Shown: piece after piece, positions 29,181-39,500 of the stretch
How the letters are laid out: every line of letters begins with the position of its first letter
Numbering within the stretch: position 1 is the stretch's first letter
The notes under the pieces: model-generated
Told to the model about the DNA's origin: nothing
Seen by the model: the letters and a program-made list of their open reading frames with translations, nothing else
Databases searched by the model: none
DNA from: Clostridia bacterium
GTDB taxonomy: Bacteria; Bacillota; Clostridia; Christensenellales; DTU072
Assembly: GCA_035381305.1 (NCBI GenBank)
Contig: DAOSYK010000007.1
Location: 5,002 to 69,001, forward strand
DNA: 64,000 bases
Direction: 5' to 3'
Made by a program: the position numbers and the translations under genes

Positions 29181-29494
29181 TAAACAGGCGCGAATAATGA
29201 ATTTTCTGTTGATAAAAAATTATGATGTCAAGGTGGTTTTATTTATTCACATATTATTCGGTTTTGGCATGTTTGGTATCCCGTATTTTGGTTTTAAGTT
29301 GTCCGTTTGTCAATTTTGATTAGATTTCTGAGCGGTGCAACGTTTAATTTCCACGGTGGACGCAGGCGGCGTTTTTTTACGATCGATTAAACTTCGGGCC
29401 GCTTTGTTTCTTTTTATTTATGCCCGGCTTGTTAATAATATATTTTTCCTTAGTCAAAGTTTGTTATGCCGCGGTTTTATCTTAGGCAATATTA

Positions 29495-29523
29495 TTGCCT
29501 GAAGGGGCATTTTTCTGTATAAT
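29495..29523 (+). promoter_or_regulatory. SigA-type promoter candidate for the TtcA-like gene
   Basis: TTGCCT (29495-29500), 17-nt spacer, TATAAT (29518-29523). Confidence 0.45.
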
Positions 29524-29549
29524 TATAGCGTCAAAAGGAAGTTTTGTTT

Positions 29550-30383
29550 ATGGAAAGATATCAGGAAATCGAAAGAAGCATAATAACGACGTACCGCAAG
29601 ACCATTTGGAGCCCGTTTATAAAGGGCGTCAAAGAGTACCGCCTGGTTAATGAAGGCGACAAGATAGCGGTGTGCATTTCGGGCGGCAAGGACAGCATGC
29701 TCCTCGCTAAGTGCCTGGAAGAACTAAAGAGACACGGCGAAAAGAAGTTTGAGCTGGAGTTTATTTGCATGGACCCCGGGTACAATAAAGAAAACCGCGA
29801 ACTCATCGAGGAAAACGCCAAGGCTCTTAATATCCCGATAACCTTTTTCGAAACAAACATTTTTGACGTCGCTTACTCGACCGAGGACAATCCCTGCTAT
29901 CTGTGCGCGAGAATGCGCCGCGGGCACCTCTATTCGAAGGCGCAGAGCTTAGGCTGCAACAAGATAGCTCTCGGACACCACTTCAACGACGTAGTCGAGA
30001 CCATAATGATGGGAATACTCTATAACGGACAGATACAGAGTATGATGCCGATTTTAAGAAGCGCCAACTTCCCGGGCATGGAGCTTATTCGTCCCCTGTA
30101 CAAGGTCAAGGAAAAGGACATAATAAACTGGCAGAACTATAACGGGCTGAAGTTTTTGCGATGCGCGTGCCGCTTTACCGAGAGTATAGCAAAGAGCGAC
30201 GACCACGTGGGCGAAAGCAAGCGGCAGGAGATGAAAATGCTTGTAAAACAGCTTGTCGAGATCAATCCCAGAGCCGACGACAACATCTTTAACTGCGTGC
30301 AGAACATCAATCTCGACACCTGCCTCGCCTGGAAAAAGGACGGAAAGCTCACGACCTTCCGGGATGAGTATTTCAAAGACTGA
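29550..30383 (+). CDS. PP-loop ATPase, tRNA 2-thiocytidine biosynthesis TtcA-family protein
   Basis: PP-loop CISGGKDS, CYLCARMRRG and LRCACRF Cys pairs, and ALGHHFND. ATG at 29550 lies 8 nt after AAAGGAAG. Confidence 0.75.
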   Translation: MERYQEIERSIITTYRKTIWSPFIKGVKEYRLVNEGDKIAVCISGGKDSMLLAKCLEELKRHGEKKFELEFICMDPGYNKENRELIEENAKALNIPITFFETNIFDVAYSTEDNPCYLCARMRRGHLYSKAQSLGCNKIALGHHFNDVVETIMMGILYNGQIQSMMPILRSANFPGMELIRPLYKVKEKDIINWQNYNGLKFLRCACRFTESIAKSDDHVGESKRQEMKMLVKQLVEINPRADDNIFNCVQNINLDTCLAWKKDGKLTTFRDEYFKD

Positions 30384-30510
30384 AATAATGCCTTATCCGT
30401 CTATTGCGGGTTAAAAGCGAGAGGATATTTATTGCTTTTTTTCCTTTGGCGTTGTATGATTATAGATATAAAATTGTATAATTTATATACACAAAAAGAG
30501 GTTATTGAAA

Positions 30511-31773
30511 ATGTTGGATCTCAGATTTGTTTGCGACAATATCGATCTTGTTAAGGAAAAACTCGCCAAACGCAACAGTAAACTTGACCTTACCGAGGTC
30601 ATCGAACTTGCTAAAGAACGCCGCGCCACAATAAAGGGCGTGGAGACACTTAAAGCCGAAAAGAATCAGGTAAGCGCCCAGATAGCCGACCTTAAGCGCA
30701 ATAAGCAGAATGCCGACGACCTTATAAGGAGCATGAAGGCAAAGGGCGATGAAATAAAAGCTCTCGACGAAAGGCTGGAAGAAATCGAAGCGCGCCTTCG
30801 CGAGCTTATGCTTACTATCCCCAACCTCATTGACGACAGCGTGCCATACGGCGCCGACAGCGAGGACAACGTCGAGGTAAGACGCTTTATGGAGCCGACC
30901 AAGTTCGACTTCAAGCCCAAAGCTCACTGGGAAATCGGCGAAGACTTAAAGCTTCTCGACATCGAGCAAGCCGCCAAAATTACCGGCACACGCTTTACCG
31001 TATATCACGGACTCGGAGCAAGACTGGAAAGAGCGATAATGAACTTCATGCTCGACACCCACACCGCCAACGGCTACAACGAGGTTTTCCCTCCCTTTAT
31101 GGTAAACCGCGACAGCATGATAGGAACGGGTCAGCTTCCAAAATTTGAGGAAGACATGTACGCTATAAAGAACACCGACTTTTATCTCGTTCCCACGGCC
31201 GAAGTGCCGGTGACAAACCTTCACCGCGACGAGATACTGAAGGAGAGCGACCTTCCCATACGCTACTGCGCCTACACGGCATGCTTTAGAGGCGAAGCGG
31301 GCAGTGCCGGCCGCGACACAAGGGGTCTTATCCGTCAGCACCAGTTCAACAAGGTGGAGCTTGTCAAGTTTGCCCACCCCGACAACAGCTTTGAGGAATT
31401 GGAGTCGCTGACCCACGAAGCCGAGATTATTTTGCAGCTTCTTAAAATCCCCTACAGGGTGGTTATGCTGTGCTCGGGCGACCTCGGATTTTCTTCCTGC
31501 AAGACTTACGACATCGAAGTGTGGATGCCCTCATATAACAGGTTTGTGGAGATTTCCTCGTGCAGTAATTTCGTGGATTTCCAAGCCCGCCGCGCCAACA
31601 TCAAGTTCCGCGACGCAAGCGGCAAGACCCGCTTGGTCCACACACTCAACGGCAGCGGACTTGCCATCGGCAGAACGACGGCCGCCGTACTTGAGAATTA
31701 CCAGAACGCCGACGGAACGGTCACCGTACCCGAAGCGCTCGTAAAATACATGGGAGTTGACATCATAAAGTAA
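30511..31773 (+). CDS. serS: seryl-tRNA synthetase
   Basis: N-terminal coiled-coil arm and class II motifs ([30 protein letters not shown]). ATG at 30511 follows AAAGAGG. Confidence 0.95.
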   Translation: MLDLRFVCDNIDLVKEKLAKRNSKLDLTEVIELAKERRATIKGVETLKAEKNQVSAQIADLKRNKQNADDLIRSMKAKGDEIKALDERLEEIEARLRELMLTIPNLIDDSVPYGADSEDNVEVRRFMEPTKFDFKPKAHWEIGEDLKLLDIEQAAKITGTRFTVYHGLGARLERAIMNFMLDTHTANGYNEVFPPFMVNRDSMIGTGQLPKFEEDMYAIKNTDFYLVPTAEVPVTNLHRDEILKESDLPIRYCAYTACFRGEAGSAGRDTRGLIRQHQFNKVELVKFAHPDNSFEELESLTHEAEIILQLLKIPYRVVMLCSGDLGFSSCKTYDIEVWMPSYNRFVEISSCSNFVDFQARRANIKFRDASGKTRLVHTLNGSGLAIGRTTAAVLENYQNADGTVTVPEALVKYMGVDIIK

Positions 31774-32555
31774 TGATAAAGCGCGCGAAAGGGTGTGCAT
31801 TCGGGCTTCTTATAGGCACCTTGCTACGCACCATGTTCGTGGTGATAGAGTTTCTTGCGCGCATTGTTGCCAAAATTCTCGTACTTTTCGGACTGTGGAT
31901 ACCCCTTATTTACGCCATTTTCGGAGTAATCTTATATTACTTCTTCCACTTCAACCCGTTCGATTTCTCGCTGTATTCCACGCTGTATCTTTCGGGCGCG
32001 GCGGCCAGCGTCGTCGGGAGCCTTATTATCAGCATACGAAACATCGTCTTAAAGCCCGCGCATTCCATAATGGAAGGCTTTAAACACCCCCTGTGGGAGA
32101 AAAACCGCGAGGAAAATATAGAAAAAGAAGAAGCGGAGTTTGCCGAATTTGTGGTAAAGAAGAAGGGCGAAAAACTTTCGCCCGAAGAGCCCGACGACTT
32201 CGAGATGCGAAAATACCGCAAAAAAGAGGTGGAATACCTGCCTCCTGCCAAGGACTTTGGACAGAGCGAGCCGACAGACGGACGCTTCTGGGGTCGAAAA
32301 CACAAAAAGGATAAGGAAGAACTCAACGTCCTTGCCTCCGACAAACTCGCCTACAACACAAGCTACAACGACGTCAATCCACCCTTCCCATATTATGGCA
32401 AAAATGACTTTTCGCCCATAATTAAGTCGGAAAAGCCCAAGGTCTATTTCAGCAAACTGGAGCCCGACCTGCTCGTCCACGAGTACAGCGACCGCTTTGA
32501 GCTGTTCAGGATCGAAAACAACCGTTCGGTTTTCGACAGGGTAGAATATAAATGA
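31773..32555 (+). CDS. hypothetical membrane protein (N-terminal TM helices, charged C-terminal domain)
   Basis: 260-aa ORF. Its start overlaps the serS stop (TAATG) and its stop overlaps the next start (ATGA). No family recognised. Confidence 0.7.
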   Translation: MIKRAKGCAFGLLIGTLLRTMFVVIEFLARIVAKILVLFGLWIPLIYAIFGVILYYFFHFNPFDFSLYSTLYLSGAAASVVGSLIISIRNIVLKPAHSIMEGFKHPLWEKNREENIEKEEAEFAEFVVKKKGEKLSPEEPDDFEMRKYRKKEVEYLPPAKDFGQSEPTDGRFWGRKHKKDKEELNVLASDKLAYNTSYNDVNPPFPYYGKNDFSPIIKSEKPKVYFSKLEPDLLVHEYSDRFELFRIENNRSVFDRVEYK

Positions 32556-33415
32556 AAACGAGGGCGAAAAACCGCATCTGGGAGCTGGATTTTCTGAGGG
32601 GCTTTGCCATACTCATGGTGCTCGTCGACCATGGCATGTTCAATTTCTTTTCGGTCTTTGACGGCTGGGGGGTGAGCGGAAACTCCTTTCTCGAATTTTT
32701 AAACTCCACCGGTCTTGCTTACGTAAATTCCGATATACGCGTCTTCTGGCGCCCCGCGTTTTTGTTCCTGTTTTTCTGCACGTCGGGGCTTTGCACGGCG
32801 TTCAGCAGAAACAATTTCCTTCGCGGTATAAAGCTCGCGTTTGTCGCGATGCTTCTGAGCTTAGTTACTTACATAGCCGACAAGACCTTCATCCCCGACA
32901 GCTTTGTAATGTTCGGCGTGCTCCACTGCATGGCGGCGATTATCCTTATCTATTCTCTTGTCGCCTTTATCGTGGAAATGAGCGTTAAAATCGGTTTTAA
33001 ACTTGCCCGCAGGCAATTTGACGACAGAGTATACAAATACGTCCTGAGCGGCATTTGCTTGGTTTTGGCGATAGGGTTTTTCTTTATCAACAAAAAATAC
33101 AACGTGGGATTTATCGACGCGACCGGGTACTTCCAAACGGTGGACACCGGCTCAAAGTTTCTCGGCTTGTTTTTCTATGCCGACAACTGGTGGACGTCCG
33201 ACTACTTCCCGCTGTTCCCCTTCATTTCGTTCTTCTTTTTCGGCGCTTTTCTCGCGCCCTTGCTTTACCCAAAAAAGAAGTCCCTGCTCCCCTGCTTAGA
33301 CGGCGTGTGGCATACCCCCTTTACCTTCCCCGGCAGACACTCCCTCGCGGTGTACCTTTTCGGTCAGCTGATAATTCTTGCAATATGCGCCGCGCTTGAC
33401 GCAATTCTTCTATGA
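32552..33415 (+). CDS. DUF1624 / heparan-alpha-glucosaminide N-acetyltransferase-like membrane acyltransferase
   Basis: RIWELDFLRGFAILMVLVDH at the N-terminus followed by multiple TM helices, as in the DUF1624 family. Confidence 0.7.
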   Translation: MKTRAKNRIWELDFLRGFAILMVLVDHGMFNFFSVFDGWGVSGNSFLEFLNSTGLAYVNSDIRVFWRPAFLFLFFCTSGLCTAFSRNNFLRGIKLAFVAMLLSLVTYIADKTFIPDSFVMFGVLHCMAAIILIYSLVAFIVEMSVKIGFKLARRQFDDRVYKYVLSGICLVLAIGFFFINKKYNVGFIDATGYFQTVDTGSKFLGLFFYADNWWTSDYFPLFPFISFFFFGAFLAPLLYPKKKSLLPCLDGVWHTPFTFPGRHSLAVYLFGQLIILAICAALDAILL

Positions 33416-33432
33416 TTTAATTTATTATATGT

Positions 33433-33463
33433 AAAACAAAAGGGCGGTAGACCGCCCTTTTTT
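33433..33463. terminator. bidirectional rho-independent terminator shared by the serS operon and the giant-gene unit
   Basis: aaaacaaaaGGGCGGtagaCCGCCCtttttt, between the convergent stops at 33415 (+) and 33540 (-). Confidence 0.75.
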
Positions 33464-33539
33464 GTTGTAATCAGATATTCTCGCTCTGATTCCTGAACTT
33501 AATTCTTGGCGGAATAGAATCCGCTTCCTCTGCTTTGCC

Positions 33540-36500
33540 TTACAGCGACTTGAAGTCCTCGCCGTTGTTTCGGAACTCGTTCTGTATAAGTACCGTGTTC
33601 CTTCCGTCTTCGGCGGCCATTACGGCGACGAGGTTGCCCGTAAAGCGGCACTCAAGCAGGATATAGTTGTCGTTTTCGAGGACGAGCGCCTCGTTGCTGG
33701 TGTTGACAAACTGGCAGTTTCTCATATACACTTCTTCGTTTGTGAACGAGCGTACACCAAAGCTGTTGGCGGTAAATACCGAAGAGGTTATTTCGGCTCT
33801 GCCGCTTAAGATTTCCACGGCGCGGACGTAACGGGTGATGGTCGTGTTGTTGATATAGAGGAGTCCCTCATAGCCGTCGCTGGTGACTATCGCTCTGGAA
33901 GACGCTGTGCCGTTTCCGTCAAAGTAGCAGTCGAGTATGCTTATCATGCCCGCATTGTCGCCGACTATGACCGAATCCTGCGCCGACTGCCCCGTCATTC
34001 TGATAATTCTCAAGGTGACTTCGCCTTCGGCTATCGTTATTCTCTCGAGGTGGCTTATTATGTTGGCGTCCTCGTCATAGCAGCCGATGAGGGTTATCGA
34101 CGCGTTGATGTCGATGTAGAGCGCCGAATAGCTGCCCTCCGCAAGGTAGATTGTCGCTCTGCCGTTTTCAGGTATGGCGGCTATGGCGTCCTGAAGCTCT
34201 TCGTCGTTGCTTACAAGTATCGCCTCGCCGTCGGGATAGATTGTGTAAACGCTTTCGGCAGCGATGTAGACGTTGTAGTTGGAGAACTTGCTGATAAGGC
34301 TATCGTAGACGTATCTGCCGCTTTCGTCGACCTGTAAATACAAGCTGCCCGGCTCGGAAGCGTTCTTAAGTTCGAGCTTATAGTACTGTCTGCCGTTTAT
34401 TTCGTACAACGTATTGACATCGAACTTTGTGTAAGTCTGCAAATCGGCGGGGCTTAACTTGAAGCCGTTTATGAATATGGGATACTGTCCGAGGGTGTAG
34501 TAGCTCTTGACGTTGCCGGAGACCACGGGTGAATAGAAGTCGTCGGGTCTGTCGGCGCCGACTAATCCGTCAAAGCGCAGGTGCTCGCTGTAGTCGACTA
34601 TGTCGGATAGATAGCTGCTCCTCGTCTTGGTTTCGTCAAAGTCGACAAGCAAGTCGCGGCTGACGATGTTTACGGTGAGGTTTTCGAGGGTGGCGCTGGG
34701 ATAGTTATTGCCGCCGTTTATGGTCACCGTGAGGTAGTACGTGCCGACGTTCCTTATCTGACTGATCGTTATCCACTCGAGGTTTCTTATATACCTGTAG
34801 CTGTAGGTCACGGTAACGCCCGTCGGGAGTGTGCCGTTGGACTGGTGCAGGTTGTTGATGAGCGGATTCTGATTTGCGCCGTTGTAGACAAGGTTGTTGC
34901 TGACAAGGCTGTAGGTGATGTCGGGCCGGTTGATAACTATCCAGCCTGCAATCTGGGTGGTCCTCGGGTCGAGGACGTAGTTGCCGTTGTTCTGCGCGCC
35001 GTCGATTGTGTATGTGAACATGTACGTTCCTACGTCGACAGGCTCTCTCTCAAGGATGACGTCGCTCATGTTCTTGTAGACTATCGTGGGCACAACCTCG
35101 CAAATGTAGAGGTCGTGGTCAAGCAGGTCAAACACCTTGGCGTTGAGCTCGTTTTCGCTGGTTATGTTGTATTCCGCCCTCACCTGCGCCTTAAACCTTG
35201 TCAGGAAGGTCTGTGTGGCGGGTGTGACGATGGAGTACAGCTCGTTGAACGCCGCGCTCTTGGCTATCGTTACTTCGGCGGCGGTGGGATTGGGACCCAA
35301 TTTGGACTGATATAGACGGTCCTTCTGGTCTCTGGTGCCGGGCCAGTTCTCCACGCGAACGAGGGGCAGTCCGCTGCTTACCACTACGCCGCGGGCTTGT
35401 CCGTTGTAGACGTAGTAGATGTAGTTGTTGGCGTCGGCGCCCGCAAACACGATATCGGTGACAAGACCCGTCTGTCCGCCCAGGCCGCCGGGGATTGCAC
35501 CCTTGATTCTGTACGGCTCTATGGTAAGAGTAATAACTACCATGCCGTAGAAGTTGTAGTCATCGACGGTTATGCGTATATAATAGGTTCCCGCATTGAG
35601 CGGTCTGTAAGCAGTCGAATAGTTAAAGTCGGTCGCCGTGCTTATGCGGTATTCGATTGTCACATTCAGCGGGTCTATCTCGGCAAGCGTTCCGTCGGAG
35701 CGGAGCATTGTCAGCCTCGAGTAGTCGAGGTTGTAGACATATCTGTTGCCGTCGTAGACCTTGGAAAGCGTCGTCGTGGGCACCATTACCGAGGTGATGT
35801 CCTCGCGCAGGATATAGATGTTGACTTCCTTGTAGAGCCATTGCGCGGCCGAAGAGTAGTAGTAGGCTCTGACGGCATAATACCAGTCGGGACCGGTCGC
35901 CAAGTTGACGTTTACGTTGTCAAGATCCCACATGAGCTCAATTCTCTCGCCTGTTGCGGCGTCATACGCCTTTGGCAGGAGGCTGGGCGACATGGAACGT
36001 CCGAGCGTCCAGTACAGTTCGCCGGCTTCCTCAAAGGTGTTTACGCTCTTCCACCTAAAGTTTTCGCCCGCGTCGGTAACGAACCTTATGTCGTTTATGC
36101 CCGAGTAATTGTAGGTGGTGAGCGGCAGTACGGTCTTGAACGACAGGGTCATAAGTCCGTCGGGACCGCCCGCGATTTTCTCGTCGGCACCGCTTATATA
36201 GTAACGGCATTCGTAGGTCACTTTTTCGTTTACAACATCATACGTTGTGCCGATTATGTTGAACATAGTCGGGTTGTTGCCGTTGTTTAACTGTACAAAG
36301 TAATTGCCGAATATCTGCGGCATATCGCTGCTCGAGGATATGACGCGGCTGTTTCCGTCTATCGGCATGCTGACCGAGTCGTAGACTACGTGCTGATTGG
36401 TGTCGCCGTTAAGCTGGGCAAACAGTTTGGGGCTTATTACCCTTACGGTGAAGGAGATGTTGGCGCCGCTGTTGTTGTTGCCCAGAGTCGCGAGGATGCC

Positions 36501-39500
36501 TGTATAGACGTTGCCTTCGTTAAGAACGATGTTCCTTATCGCGTTGGCGCTGAACGAGAGCGGTACCCTTCTCCAGTCGGTCACGTATCTGTTGTTGGAG
36601 AAGTTGTAGTAGAGGTAGGGGTAGAAGGAAGCAAGCTGGGCTTCTTTCTCAATCGTATATGTGGGCGTTTTTGCCAAGAGGTACAGCGTGCCGCCGTTTA
36701 TGTAGCCCTGCGTTGTGCCGCCGCCGTCGGGAATCTGTGGTCTTACAATCTCGATGTCGTCCACCATGAGTTTTATCCAGATGGTTTCGCAGATGTACTC
36801 AAAGCCCGCGACGATGTAACGGTTGTTGGGTTCCTGTATGGACTTGTTGACGATTTCTCTCAGCTTGTCGACGCCGTTGGTCGGGTGGTACAGCCAGTCT
36901 ATCGCTTCGCCCGCGTCAAAGGAGTCGCCGTCGCTGAATTCGAGGACAAGTCCCTGATAGAACTCGACGTAGTACGGGTTGACGGTAAAGCCGCTTTCTG
37001 CGACCAGCCATCTCTCATCGTTGCCGATACCGCTTATGTCGTCGCTGACAAAGCTTGCGAGTAAGGTATTGGGGCCGTCCTCGTTCTTAAGGTAGACTTT
37101 GTCGACGGTCTTTGTGTTGACGGTAAGGGTCACGTTCCATACAGCGTAGGCAGGCACTCCCACAAAGGTGCTTGTGGAGATGCGGGTGTTGTCGACTTCG
37201 GAGTATTTGGAGATTGTCATACTGTTGGACGAATAGTCAAAGCTCACCCTGTTGTAGGTGCCGTCGCCCATGCTGGTGTTGTAGCTGAGTATGCGCATGG
37301 ACTTCTCGCCAAGGCCCTTAAGCGAGTAGCTTATACCCGCCATATCCCATACGACGTTGGTGTAGACCATCGTCCTCGGGCTGCCGCTTCTGTAGGTGTC
37401 GCTGTCGTAGTTGGTGTAGTTGGCGACAAGCGTTGCGGGCATTCTGTAGGAGATGTTTTCCTTGTCGACGGTCTCTTCGGTCGTCGGGTCGATGATTATT
37501 CGGTTTATGCCGGCGTTGGCGTCAAAGAGGTTGTAATACCTCGCATACTCGCCGCCGCTTATCATGTTGGACGAGGAAGTGTAGCCCGCGCTGCTGACGT
37601 AATAGCTCTGCACCGTCCTGTCGAGGTAGAATACCGTCAGACCGATTAGGAACTGTTCGCCCTTGTTGTTTATGGCGGTGATCTTATAGCTGCTCGTCGC
37701 GTCGCCCTCGGGCGCGTTGCCTTGGAATTCGTTTTCGAGGGAGAGGAATATCTCGTCGTAAGTGACGTTTATCATGCCCACGTCGAGTATACCGTACGCG
37801 CCGCCCGTCTTCCTGTAAATGCCGTATGCGTGCACCTTGGCGGGCAGGTCGGGATTGAGCGGGTCAATCGTTATCTTGTTGAGGAACTTGTTGGTGGAAG
37901 TTTCGTTGCCGTCGAATTTATCCTGGGCGTCGTCCACCGTCGTTGTGCCGTAATAGTCAACGTAAGCTATCTCTATCTGCGGATAGACAAACCTGTAGCC
38001 GTCCTCGGAAATGAGGGTGAGCGGGTTGTTCTTCTTCCTGAGGTTGGTAAGGTAGATCTTATTGATGTCCTGTGTGGAGGAATTGCCTTCATCCTGCAAT
38101 AACTGGACGTCAAAGTACAGTAAGTGCTTGTTGCGCGCGTCTTTCTTTACGTCTGCCTCGGCGATGTGGTCGCGGGAGTAGAACTTGTATTCGACGGTTA
38201 TTGTGTTGAGCATGCTTTCAAGCACCGCCATGTATGTCGCGTCGGTGTAGTCGCTTACGCCTTCGACGTATTTCGCGAGATAGTCGTTGAGTCGGGTGGT
38301 CAGCGCGCTGTCAAGTATGGTGAAGAACTTGCCAGTCTGTATAAACGTCTGGTACTGCGACGCCATCCTGCCCATCGAGGTGAACAGCAGCTTGTTGTAA
38401 ATCTTGGTCGTGTACGCCACGTATTCGGCAAGCGCCGCGTTATAGATCGCTCTTTCCTCGGGAGACAAGCCTTCGGGATTGTCTTCGGCGACAAAGTCGG
38501 TATGGTAGCGGTTTAAGGCGACTGCCTTTTCGAGATATGCCGCCGCTATGCGGAAGCTCTTGGACGTGAGGTATGCGCACAGAAGCTCTATCGTCTCTTT
38601 CTTGGCGTCGTCATTGAAGACCGTCCTTAAGCCGCTCTGAATATCGCTTATAGCGACAAGGTCAAAGTCAATGTTGAATACGATAGTATTCTTAACCTCG
38701 TTAATTATGACGTAGTACGCCATAATGGCTACGGTCTTAAGGTAGTCGACATTGGCGGCAGAGCCTTTGGAGAGTATTTCCTGTCTGTAAAGCGCTTCCA
38801 GGAAGGCTTTTTCCATATCGTCCGCTTCAATCATAAACTCGTCGTAGGCTGTGACAAGGTTGTTGTCGACGAGATTGATGTCGCGCGCGTTTATAAGGTT
38901 TGCCTCGGTGTAGACGGGGAGAGTTCTCGCTTCTGCGCCATAGTAAGGAGCGATAACGTTGTCAAATACCTTGACAAAGCCTTCTCTTATCTCCACTTCC
39001 TCGACGGCAGCGACGATTTCGGCGCGCATTTTCTCAAACAGCCTGTCCTTTATCGCGTTGTAGGTCTGATAGTAGCGGTTCTTGGTAATTGCGTTCTGAT
39101 AGCTCAACGCCTCGATTGTGTCAAGAACCGCCGAGCTTTGTGCAAATATCTCATAGTAACGCGACTTATCGCCCGCAAGCAGCAGGTCGTTTATTATATC
39201 TTCATGCTCAACGTCAAGTCCCGCGGGGATGAGGTTGTAGAGTCTGTAGTAGAGCGTGTCGGCTCCGTACAAGGTGACGCCCTGTCCGTCGAGGATATTT
39301 CCGAGGCTGTTAAGGTAGATTTGGTAATAAATCTGTTCCCTGCCCTGCGAAGCGAGGGTGCCGCTTGTTATGGACGCCTTCCTCGAGAGGTAAGCCCTGA
39401 GGATTACCTGCTCGATCTGATAGGTGATGTACGCTTCTTTTGCAAACGCGTTTACAGCCGCTTCGGAATAGCCGCCCGTACCGCCCATCTCGTTGAGTTT

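Noticed and set aside
30384-30510. A possible T-box leader upstream of serS.
   Set aside because: Only about 125 nt are available, and there is no T-box consensus (AGGGTGGTACCGCG-like) or terminator/antiterminator pair. The region looks like a plain AT-rich promoter region.
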